41,521 nt of DNA from Acidimicrobiales bacterium (GTDB taxonomy: Bacteria > Actinomycetota > Acidimicrobiia > Acidimicrobiales > GCA-2861595): positions 1-41,521 of the forward strand of contig DATLFQ010000075.1 of NCBI GenBank assembly GCA_035540915.1, given 5' to 3'. Below the pieces are notes generated by a model. It did no database searches. It was not told the origin of the DNA and saw only the letters and a list, made by a program, of their open reading frames with translations. Position 1 is the first letter of the stretch; every line of letters begins with the position of its first letter. The position numbers and the translations under genes are program-made. Of this stretch, positions 27,406 through 35,234 are shown in pieces.

Positions 27406-28782
27406 ATGTCCCGGCCGCATGTGGTGGCGGTGGCCGACGGCTCGCCGGCCGCCGCCGCCGGCCTCCTCCCTGGCGATTCCATCGTCGCCATCGGCGGCGA
27501 GGTGCCTCGCGACATCATCGCCTTCCGGCTCCTGGCCGACGAGCCGGACATCGAGATCGAGGTCGACCGAGGGGGCCTCCAGCTGACCGTGACGGTGGGC
27601 AAGCAGGCCGGCGAACCGCTGGGAGCCGAGGTCTCCTCCCCCCTGTTCGACCGGGTGCAGACCTGCGACAACAGCTGCGAGTTCTGCTTCATCCATCAAC
27701 TACCGCCCGGTCTGCGCCGCAGCCTGTACGTGAAGGACGACGACTACCGCCTTTCCTTCCTGTACGGGAACTTCACCACGCTCACCCGCTTCACCGAGCT
27801 GGACCTGGAGCGCGTCGTCTCCGAGCGGCTCAGCCCGCTGTACGTCAGCATCCACGCCACCGACCCGGAGGTGCGGGCGCGAATGCTGCGCAACCGACGG
27901 GGCGCGACCAGCCTGCGGTGGCTGCGGGCGCTGCTCGACCACGGCGTCGAGGTCCACGGCCAGGTGGTGTGCTGCCCGGGGGTGAACGACGGCGCCGTGC
28001 TCGACGACTCCCTCGCCGGCGTGCTCGACCGGTACCCCGAGCTGGCGTCCCTGGCCGTGGTGCCGCTGGGCGTGAGCCGATGGTCGAGCCACGACGCCAT
28101 GCGGCCGCACACCACCGGCGAGGCGGTCGCGGTGGTCGAGTGTGTCGAGGACTGGCAGTCGGTCTTCCTGGAGACCGTCGGCCGCCGCCTGGTGTTCGCG
28201 GCCGACGAGTACTACCTGCTGGCCGGTCGCCCCTTCCCCGAGGCAGCCTCCTACGAGGGCTTCGCGCTGCACGAGGACGGCGTCGGCATGGCCCGCCTCC
28301 TCGAGCAGCAGTGGCACGCCGCCGGTGCGCCGAGGGGTGGCGCGCCGGCTGCGGTGTCGCGAGGGGGGTTCTTCGCCTCGGTCGACGGTGCGCCGGCGGT
28401 GGGGTACCGGGCGCCCCGGGCGCCCGCCGGCGCGGGCGCCGCCGGCGGCGGTGCGGGCGACAGCCGCCCGGTCGGCGTGCTCACGGGGAACTACGGGGCC
28501 GCTGCGCTGGCGCCGCTGGTGGCGCCGCTGGCGGATCGGGGTGTGCGGCTGGTGCCGGTCGAGAACCGGTTCTTCGGCGGCAACATCGGCGTGACCGGTC
28601 TGCTGGTCGGCGAGGACATCGCCGCCGCGCTGGCCGACGAGCCCGAGGGCCACCGCTACCTGCTCCCCGACGTCTGCCTCTCCAACGGCGCTTTCCTGGA
28701 CGGCCGTACGCCGGCCGACCTCCCCCGCGCCGTGGAGGTGGTCGCCACCGACGGCGAGTCCCTCCGGCTGGCCCTGGCATGA
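27406..28782 (+). CDS. PDZ + radical-SAM-like + DUF512 domain protein
   Basis: N-terminal PDZ-like segment (GSPAAAAGLLPGDSIVAIGG), a CDNSCEFC (CX3CX2C) cluster motif, and a DUF512-type C-terminus. The track ORF start at 27286 is antisense to ispH and was rejected. Confidence 0.8.
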   Translation: MSRPHVVAVADGSPAAAAGLLPGDSIVAIGGEVPRDIIAFRLLADEPDIEIEVDRGGLQLTVTVGKQAGEPLGAEVSSPLFDRVQTCDNSCEFCFIHQLPPGLRRSLYVKDDDYRLSFLYGNFTTLTRFTELDLERVVSERLSPLYVSIHATDPEVRARMLRNRRGATSLRWLRALLDHGVEVHGQVVCCPGVNDGAVLDDSLAGVLDRYPELASLAVVPLGVSRWSSHDAMRPHTTGEAVAVVECVEDWQSVFLETVGRRLVFAADEYYLLAGRPFPEAASYEGFALHEDGVGMARLLEQQWHAAGAPRGGAPAAVSRGGFFASVDGAPAVGYRAPRAPAGAGAAGGGAGDSRPVGVLTGNYGAAALAPLVAPLADRGVRLVPVENRFFGGNIGVTGLLVGEDIAAALADEPEGHRYLLPDVCLSNGAFLDGRTPADLPRAVEVVATDGESLRLALA

Positions 28783-30122
28783 AGCCGGTCGTGGCGGTGG
28801 TCGGGCGGCCCAACGTGGGGAAGTCGACGCTGGTCAACCGCATCGTGGGCCGCCGGGAGGCGATCGTCGAGAAGCACCCGGGCGTGACTCGCGACCGCAA
28901 GGCGGTCGACGCCGACTGGGCGGGCCGCCAGCTCACCGTCGTCGACACGGGCGGCTGGCTGGCGGGCGACGACCCGCTCGACCGCCAGGTCAGCCGCCAG
29001 GCCGAGCGCGCCATGGCCGAGGCCGACCTCCTGCTGCTGGTGATGGACGCCGCGGTGGGCGCCACCGCAGAGGACGAGGCGGTGGCCCGCCTGCTGCGGC
29101 GGTCCGACAAGCCCATCCTGCTGGTCGCCAACAAGGTGGACTCCGACTCCCGCGAGGCCGACGCCTGGTCGCTGAGCCGCCTGGGCCTGGGCGACCCGTG
29201 GCCGGTCTCGGCGCTCCACGGGCGGGGGACGGGCGACCTGCTGGACGAGGTGGTGCGGCTGCTGCCCGGAGCCGGCGACCCCGACGAGCCCGCGCCGGGC
29301 GAGCCCGACCGGGCTGCGCCGGCCACGGGGACGGCCGGACCACGCCCGGTCCCGGCCGTTCCCCGGGTCGCCATCGCTGGCCGCCCCAACGTCGGGAAGT
29401 CGACCCTGTTCAACCGGCTGGTGGGCGACGAGCGCAGCGTCGTCCACGACATGCCGGGCACCACCCGCGACGCCATCGACACCCTGGTGGAGACGCCGTC
29501 GGGGCCGTTCGTGCTGATCGACACCGCGGGCATGCGGCGGCGAACGAGGGTCGAGGAGGGCGCCGAGTACTACTCCATCGTGCGGGCCCTGCAGGCCATC
29601 GACGGCGCCGACCTGGCCGTCCTCGTCGTGGATGCCAGCGAGGGGGTCACCGCCCAGGACCAGCGCCTGGCCGAGCGCATCGACGGCGCCGGCTGCCCGA
29701 TCGTCATCCTGCTCAACAAGTGGGAGGCCCTGGACGCGGAGGCGCGGGCCGAGGTGCGGGCCCAGGTGGCCGACCGGCTGGCCTTCCTGGGCTACGCGCC
29801 GGTGCTGACGGTCAGCGCCCGGACCGGCCTCGGCGTGCACAAGCTGGTGCCCGCGCTGGCGAACGCGGTGGAGGCCTACCACCGCCGGGTGCCCACCGCC
29901 GAGCTGAACAAGGTCATCCAGCGGGCGCAGGCGGCCCACGCCTCGCCGGCCGGCCGGGTCCTCTACGCCACCCAGGGTGCTTCGGACCCGCCGACGTTCA
30001 CGCTGTTCACCAACCGCGAGCTGCCGGCGCCGTACCTTCGCTACCTCGAGCGCAAGATCCGGGAGCACTTCGGCTTCGGGCCCACGCCGCTCAAGCTGCG
30101 CGTCCGTCGCCGCGCCGGCTGA
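28779..30122 (+). CDS. der: ribosome-biogenesis GTPase Der (EngA)
   Basis: Two G domains (GRPNVGKST twice, DTGG/DTAG, NKVD/NKWE) plus a KH-like C-terminus. ATGA overlap with the DUF512 gene. Confidence 0.95.
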   Translation: MKPVVAVVGRPNVGKSTLVNRIVGRREAIVEKHPGVTRDRKAVDADWAGRQLTVVDTGGWLAGDDPLDRQVSRQAERAMAEADLLLLVMDAAVGATAEDEAVARLLRRSDKPILLVANKVDSDSREADAWSLSRLGLGDPWPVSALHGRGTGDLLDEVVRLLPGAGDPDEPAPGEPDRAAPATGTAGPRPVPAVPRVAIAGRPNVGKSTLFNRLVGDERSVVHDMPGTTRDAIDTLVETPSGPFVLIDTAGMRRRTRVEEGAEYYSIVRALQAIDGADLAVLVVDASEGVTAQDQRLAERIDGAGCPIVILLNKWEALDAEARAEVRAQVADRLAFLGYAPVLTVSARTGLGVHKLVPALANAVEAYHRRVPTAELNKVIQRAQAAHASPAGRVLYATQGASDPPTFTLFTNRELPAPYLRYLERKIREHFGFGPTPLKLRVRRRAG

Positions 30123-30154
30123 CCGCCCCGGCGGGCACTACCGTCGCGAGCGAT

Positions 30155-31240
30155 ATGGTCCACCGGCCGGTCCTTCTCGTGGTCGGCGCAGCCTGCCTGG
30201 CGGCGGCGGTGGTCTGGGGCCGTTCGGCCGTCCGCCTGGAGCGCACCTGGCGACGCATCAGCGCCACTGAGGGCGAGGAGGGTCAGGGGGCTCGGCTCGT
30301 CAGCCTGGCCTACCGCAAGGAGATCCACACCCTGCTGCTGTACCTGGTGGTGGCGGCGGGGACCATGATCGCGGCCCTGTCGGAGTCGTCCGCCTTCGAC
30401 ATGGCCCTGCTCCTGGTGCTGGTGCCGGTGGGCATCTCGCTGCGGTTCGGCCGCCGGATCGTGGCCGGCGCCCGCCTCACCGAGGACCGGTGGCTGGTCG
30501 AGCGCCGGGCCTTGGAGGTGCTCGACCAGCAGAGCCAGCTCACGCCCATCCGGTGGTCGGCCCGCCTGGCTCCCGACGACCTGCCCACCATCGCCGGCTT
30601 CGAGATCGCCCAGGTCTACGAGCCGGGCGCCGGTGCCATGGCCGGTGACTTCTACGACCTCTTCCCCTCCGGCTCCAGCCGCCTGGTGGCGGTCATCGGC
30701 GACGTCGGCGGTCACGGCATCGAGCCCTCCATCACCGCCTTCCAGGTGAAGTACCTGCTGCGGGTGTTCCTCCGCCAGTACCGCGACCCGGCCCAGGCCA
30801 TCGAGGAGCTGAACGTCGTGATGTCGGCCCAGGGCCGCCCCGACGAGCTGGTGTCGCTGTGCGCTGTCGTGTTCGACCAGGCTGCAGCGACGCTGCGCTT
30901 CGCGTCGGCGGGCCACCCGCCGGCCTGGGTGTGGCACGACGGCGAGGTGAGCCCCCTGCGGGCAACCGGGCCGCTGCTGACCCTCGATCCCAAGGGGGAG
31001 TACTTCAGCCGGGAGGTGCCGCTCACGCCGGGTGACGTGCTGTTGCTCTACACCGACGGGCTCAGCGAGGCCCGGGCCGGCGACCAGTTGTTCGGTGAGG
31101 AGCGCATCGCCCAGCTCCTGCGGCGCGACCCGGGCGAGGACCTGGCGTCGCTGTGCAAGAGCCTGCTGGAAGCGGCCCGCGACTTCGCCCTGGCGCCGCT
31201 CACCGACGACATCGCCATCCTGGCCATCCGCCGGAGCTGA
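30155..31240 (+). CDS. membrane-anchored PP2C/SpoIIE family serine phosphatase
   Basis: About 3 N-terminal TM segments, then GDFYD, IGDVGGHG, YTDGLSEA and DDIAILAIRR motifs. Confidence 0.85.
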   Translation: MVHRPVLLVVGAACLAAAVVWGRSAVRLERTWRRISATEGEEGQGARLVSLAYRKEIHTLLLYLVVAAGTMIAALSESSAFDMALLLVLVPVGISLRFGRRIVAGARLTEDRWLVERRALEVLDQQSQLTPIRWSARLAPDDLPTIAGFEIAQVYEPGAGAMAGDFYDLFPSGSSRLVAVIGDVGGHGIEPSITAFQVKYLLRVFLRQYRDPAQAIEELNVVMSAQGRPDELVSLCAVVFDQAAATLRFASAGHPPAWVWHDGEVSPLRATGPLLTLDPKGEYFSREVPLTPGDVLLLYTDGLSEARAGDQLFGEERIAQLLRRDPGEDLASLCKSLLEAARDFALAPLTDDIAILAIRRS

Positions 31241-31416
31241 TGGCTGAGCCGGAGTCCCCGGCGACCGGCGGCGACCCCCGGGCTCCGTGGCACTTCAAGG
31301 TGCTGGTCGGCGCCGCAACCGTCTACCTGGCCTGGCGGGGCGTCGAAGGCGTGGCCCGGCTGGCCGGGCGCCTCTGGGTGCTGCGGTCGGATGGCGGGGC
31401 GCCGAGGCCTCGGTGA
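31240..31416 (+). CDS. 58-aa single-TM microprotein coupled to the phosphatase gene
   Basis: The ATG shares 1 nt with the phosphatase stop (TGATG). The frame has high GC3, and there is a PWHFKVLVGAATVYLAW hydrophobic segment. Confidence 0.45.
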   Translation: MAEPESPATGGDPRAPWHFKVLVGAATVYLAWRGVEGVARLAGRLWVLRSDGGAPRPR

Positions 31417-31627
31417 CGACCCGCTGGCGAGCCTGCGCCATCTCCTGCCGTGACCTGATGATGGTCGACTTCCGACTCCTCGACCGCCGCCGCGGCCCGT
31501 ACGGGCACGGACGTCGGGGTCGACGGTGGTCGCGACCTTCGGTGACGGCCTTCCTCTTGGCATCGACGAGCCCCCACGACCGGGGTACGCGAGACCAGCG
31601 GCCGCCCGGGCTGCCGTCGTGAGTGGC

Positions 31628-31633
31628 TAGCAT
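31628..31633 (+). promoter_or_regulatory. candidate -10 box (TAGCAT) for tRNA-Pro
   Basis: TANNNT lies 11 nt upstream of tRNA position 1, which would give a short RNase P-processed leader. Confidence 0.3.
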
Positions 31634-31644
31634 CGTTGCCAGTA

Positions 31645-31719
31645 CGGGCTGTGGCGCAGCTTGGTTAGCGCGCTTGACTGGGGGTCAAGAGGTCGGGAGT
31701 TCAAATCTCCCCAGCCCGA
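31645..31719 (+). tRNA. tRNA-Pro (anticodon GGG)
   Basis: Folded by hand. Acceptor stem CGGGCTG/CAGCCCG, D stem GCGC/GCGC, anticodon stem CTTGA/TCAAG with loop CTGGGGG (U33, GGG, G37). Variable loop is 5 nt, T stem GGGAG/CTCCC with loop TTCAAAT, discriminator A. CCA is not encoded. Confidence 0.93.
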
Positions 31720-32138
31720 CAAGAAAATGCAGGTCAGAGTGTTCCGCTCGGGCAGCGGCGGCGCCGAGTTGGCGCCGGAAATGAGCAGTGCGGCAAACAC
31801 GGCGACGAGGGAGCGGTACGACCCGATCGCCTCGACCTGCATGACGGCGAGCGCCTCCTGCGCCGGCTGACGCCGCCGCGCGGCGTAGCGGCCCCGACCA
31901 CTTCTCGAGTTCGACTCGCCACGGCGACGCCATGGTGCGGGACCCCAGGTTCGGCAGGACCTGGAACCGCGAGATGCTTCTCCAGCGGGGGGTTGGGCCG
32001 CGCTGACGGCTGGCGGGAAGGCTACCGTTCCAGAGTGACCTCGCCTCTCCGGCTTGGCGACGGCGCGATCGCCGCGGCCGGCCTACCCACGCCACGGGGA
32101 GAGCTGCTCGCCGAGCTTCAGCTCGCCTACCTGGGCGA

Positions 32139-33005
32139 ATGAGCGACGACACGAACACGTCGACCACGCCCGCCAGCTGCTTCCTGCATGCCGAGTTGGT
32201 AGGCGAAGGGCCGCCCTGCTTCGTCGCCCACGGAGGGCCGGGACTGCACCACGGCCTGTACCGCGGCCTTGACCCGATGGCGGCCCACAGCCTCCTCGTC
32301 TACTGGGACCACCGCGGCCACGGCCGCTCGGACTCCCTTCCCGACGGACCGGTGCCGATGTCCCTCTTCGCCGACGACGCCGTCTCGCTCGCCGATCGGC
32401 TCGGCGTCGACACCTTCGCCGTGTTCGGCCATTCCTTCGGCGGCTGGGTCGCCCAAGAGCTCGCCCTGCGCCACCCCGACCGGGTCTCGGCCCTGATCCT
32501 CGCGGCGACGACCCCTGGCCAGCTCGGCCTGACCGAGTCACCCGACGACGACCAAGGGCCCCCGCCCCCCGACGACCTGGCGGACCTGCTCGCCACCCGC
32601 CCGGCGACCGACGCGCAGCTCATCGAGCTCTACACCAGGCTCGCGCCCTACTACTTCCCCGACGGCGACCCGAAGGAGCTCCTCGCCGCACTGTCGCCCG
32701 AGCTGGTGTCCGCCGACAGCGTGATCCGCGTCTTCGACGCCCTCAGCAGCTGGAGCGCCGTTGACCGTCTCGGCGACATCGCCTGTCCCACCCTCCTGCT
32801 CGCCGGCCGACGCGACCTTTTCTGCTCGCCCCAACAGCTCGACCGCATCGCCCGTCGAATTCCGCACGCTGAATCTGTCGTCTTCGAGAACACCGGCCAC
32901 TTCATGTGGCTCGAAGAGCCCGACCGGTTCTTCCGGATCGTTGGCGACTGGCTGGCTCAGCGCGGATCATCGTCTGCGCCCACGCCGCCGACGAAGTCGA
33001 CATGA
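32139..33005 (+). CDS. alpha/beta hydrolase (proline iminopeptidase-like)
   Basis: Contains HGGPG, WDHRGHGRS, the nucleophile elbow GHSFGG, and a C-terminal GHFMWLEEP (His) motif. Confidence 0.85.
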   Translation: MSDDTNTSTTPASCFLHAELVGEGPPCFVAHGGPGLHHGLYRGLDPMAAHSLLVYWDHRGHGRSDSLPDGPVPMSLFADDAVSLADRLGVDTFAVFGHSFGGWVAQELALRHPDRVSALILAATTPGQLGLTESPDDDQGPPPPDDLADLLATRPATDAQLIELYTRLAPYYFPDGDPKELLAALSPELVSADSVIRVFDALSSWSAVDRLGDIACPTLLLAGRRDLFCSPQQLDRIARRIPHAESVVFENTGHFMWLEEPDRFFRIVGDWLAQRGSSSAPTPPTKST

Positions 33006-33209
33006 GCCAGCCGATCGCTACACGGGCCCCGATGTGCCTGCGACAGGAAAGCGTCCGGTCCGCTCAACGTCGAGCTGGAAGGCGCTGGATGCGACCGGGC
33101 ATCCCGATACGGCCGTGCGGGCTCAGGAGCGAGCCGACCCGAACTGGTGGGGTGGCCCAGGCTCGGGCGACCCTCGAACAGGGTTCCCTCGATGATCGAA
33201 AGGACAGCG

Positions 33210-33689
33210 ATGGCCAACCTCACTAGAGAGGTCAGCGTGGTGGTTCGGGCCGATGCAGCCAGGGTGTGGTCGATGATCGCCAACGTGACACGGATGGGCG
33301 AATGGAGTCCGGAGACGGAGCGGGCGGAGTGGATCGACGGGGCCACCGGCCCCGCGGTCGGCGCCCGGTTCAAGGGTTACAACCGCAAGGGCCGGACGCG
33401 GTGGTCGACGACCTGTCAGGTCATCGAGTCTGAACCTGGACAGGTGTTCGCGTTCGCGGTCGGCAAGGTGGCCAAGCCGGAGACGGTCTGGCGCTACCGC
33501 TTCGAGCCGGTCGCCGAGGGCGTGCAGGTGACCGAGTCGTTCGAGCTGACCAAGCCGATCGGCTTCGGCTCCCGACTCGTCACGCGGGTCACGACCGGGG
33601 TGAAGGATCGGCCGGCGGACATGGAGGATGGCGTGCGGGCGACGCTCGCCGCCCTGAAACGGACAGCGGAGGGCGGCACGAACACCTAG
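33210..33689 (+). CDS. SRPBCC (polyketide cyclase/START-like) family protein
   Basis: Contains VWSMIANVTRMGEWSPE ... WRYRFEP...G..VTESFEL, typical of SRPBCC. AAAGGA lies 7 nt upstream of ATG-33210. Confidence 0.75.
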   Translation: MANLTREVSVVVRADAARVWSMIANVTRMGEWSPETERAEWIDGATGPAVGARFKGYNRKGRTRWSTTCQVIESEPGQVFAFAVGKVAKPETVWRYRFEPVAEGVQVTESFELTKPIGFGSRLVTRVTTGVKDRPADMEDGVRATLAALKRTAEGGTNT

Positions 33690-33829
33690 CGCGGTCCTCC
33701 GTACCGACGGTGGCGGAGTTGCCGTTGCCCCCACCACGGAGGTCCGTTCACCTCCCGCGTTTGCGAGCGATGCGAAGAACGCGAACTGGAGGGAGCCGCG
33801 GGATGGCCCCACGGCCCCCTCGTGCGCCT

Positions 33830-34378
33830 CTAGGGCGTCTCGTCGTGCACGACGTAGTTGCCCTGCTGGAACGGGGCCGATGGGAGGCTGGTGGGACAGA
33901 CGGCGCCCGGCACGGCGACCCCGGGAGTGCTGTTGCTTTCGTCGTGCGCGCCACCGCTCAGTCGGTCGTTGTCGACGTAGACACCCACGAAGCCCTTGCC
34001 TTCGAGCGGGTTAGAAGGAAGATCGAGCCGGTCGCTGGTGATCACGCCGCCCACGATCGCTCGGTTCCCGACGACTCGCAGGCAGGTGACCCGCCCCGCG
34101 AAATCAAGGTCGGGCCGGCCTTCCACCGGTGGCTCGGTCGTGCGCTTGACCCAGAGGTTTCCCGACGCATCCTCGCCGGCGGAGCCGCTCCGAGCGTTGA
34201 CGCTCATCATCACCCGGGTCTCGCTTCCGGATGGCAGGACGGCAGTCCGGATGGCGGTACCCGTTGCCATGTCCTGTCGTGGGCCCTCGCCCACGCTGTG
34301 GTCTGCCCCGGACACGCCCGGGGTTCCCGCAAACGTCACCAGGCCCAGTACCAGTGCTGTCAGTAGTCGTGTGCTCAT
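33830..34378 (-). CDS. secreted protein of unknown function (182 aa)
   Basis: Sec-type signal peptide MSTRLLTALVLGLVTFAGTPGVSG|ADH and two Cys residues. I recognise no family motif. ATG-34393 is an alternative start. Confidence 0.6.
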   Translation of the reverse strand: MSTRLLTALVLGLVTFAGTPGVSGADHSVGEGPRQDMATGTAIRTAVLPSGSETRVMMSVNARSGSAGEDASGNLWVKRTTEPPVEGRPDLDFAGRVTCLRVVGNRAIVGGVITSDRLDLPSNPLEGKGFVGVYVDNDRLSGGAHDESNSTPGVAVPGAVCPTSLPSAPFQQGNYVVHDETP

Positions 34379-34569
34379 CAGTTTCCCGATCATCGGACGG
34401 TCAGTGCTGCTTCCGGCACGGTGGCACTTTGGGGAGTGCCGGCCTAGGGCGGCGGCGTTCGTCTCTGGACCCGACAGGTGCGATTCTCGAACCACTTCGT
34501 CACCTAGCCGCCCTGCCGCTCGGCACGGAGAGCCGGGCGCCAACCCTTGCTGTGGGTGAAAGTGACCCT

Positions 34570-34575
34570 TACGCT
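34570..34575 (+). promoter_or_regulatory. candidate -10 box (TACGCT) for the FHA-HTH / kinase operon
   Basis: TANNNT lies 6 nt upstream of in-frame GTG-34582 with no SD. Confidence 0.35.
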
Positions 34576-34581
34576 TTCTCC

Positions 34582-35232
34582 GTGGGGCGGCCTGGTCCTC
34601 GCACTTCCAATCCTGAGGACGTCCCGGCGCACCTGACCGTCTGGCGCCGGGGCGCGACCGACGTGATTGCGCTCACCGAGCAGCGCATCACGGTTGGACG
34701 AAGCCCATCCAACGATGTCGCGCTCGCCTGGGATTCCAAGGTCTCCCACGTCCATGCCGTACTGGAGCGGCTTGCCCCCGGGTGGACAGTCCGTGATGTA
34801 GGGAGCCGGAACGGAACGTTCCACAACGGTGAGCGGATCTTCACAGAGAGAGTCATCCGTCCCGGTGATGAGCTTCGGCTCGGCGACACTCGCCTCCTCC
34901 TCAGCGTCGCGGGGCCGGCGGCCGATCCGACCACGACGCAGTTCGGGCCTCGGCCTCCTCAGTTGACGGAGCGGGAGAAGGCCGTCCTCGTGGCGCTGTG
35001 CCGTCCCGTCCGCTCTGGACACATGCTGACCGAACCAGCGACCGTGGCTCACATCGCCGAGGAGCTCGTCGTGAGCGTCTCAGTGGTGAAGAAGCACCTA
35101 CTTCGGCTCTACCAGAAGTTCGACATCTACGAGGAAGGGCACGGCCGCCGGGGAGCACTCGCCAACGAGGCAATCCGGCGGGGCGCCGTCAACCTCGCCG
35201 ATCTTCGCGCCGCGGCCGAGCAAGGACGGTAG
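34582..35232 (+). CDS. FHA domain + LuxR-type HTH transcriptional regulator
   Basis: The FHA signature is ITVGRSPSNDVAL..KVSHVHAVL..WTVRDVGSRNGTFHNGERI. The C-terminal LuxR-type HTH is LTEREKAVLVAL...IAEELVVSVSVVKKHLLRLYQKF. GTG-34552 is an alternative start. Confidence 0.8.
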   Translation: MGRPGPRTSNPEDVPAHLTVWRRGATDVIALTEQRITVGRSPSNDVALAWDSKVSHVHAVLERLAPGWTVRDVGSRNGTFHNGERIFTERVIRPGDELRLGDTRLLLSVAGPAADPTTTQFGPRPPQLTEREKAVLVALCRPVRSGHMLTEPATVAHIAEELVVSVSVVKKHLLRLYQKFDIYEEGHGRRGALANEAIRRGAVNLADLRAAAEQGR

Positions 35233-35234
35233 AA

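Noticed and set aside
25566-30122. 1518-aa ORF in the track, the longest in the window
   Set aside because: Only its last 447 codons (from ATG-28779) are a recognisable protein (Der). The upstream ~1070 codons are Arg/Gly/Pro/Ala-rich and run out of frame or antisense across plsC, ispH and the DUF512 gene. This is a typical stop-poor shadow frame in high-GC DNA.
31417-31644. Possible small gene or toxin-antitoxin in the 228-bp gap upstream of the tRNA
   Set aside because: All six frames give Arg-rich, motif-free translations with mixed third-position composition. Only short palindromes (CCGTACGG, GGTCGCGACC) and a TAGCAT box before the tRNA are visible.
31627-32167. ORFs 31627..31842 (-), 31661..31870 (+) and 31685..32167 (-) around the tRNA
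   Set aside because: All overlap the tRNA-Pro gene body or lack coding-like composition. At most one is a gene remnant (see findings).
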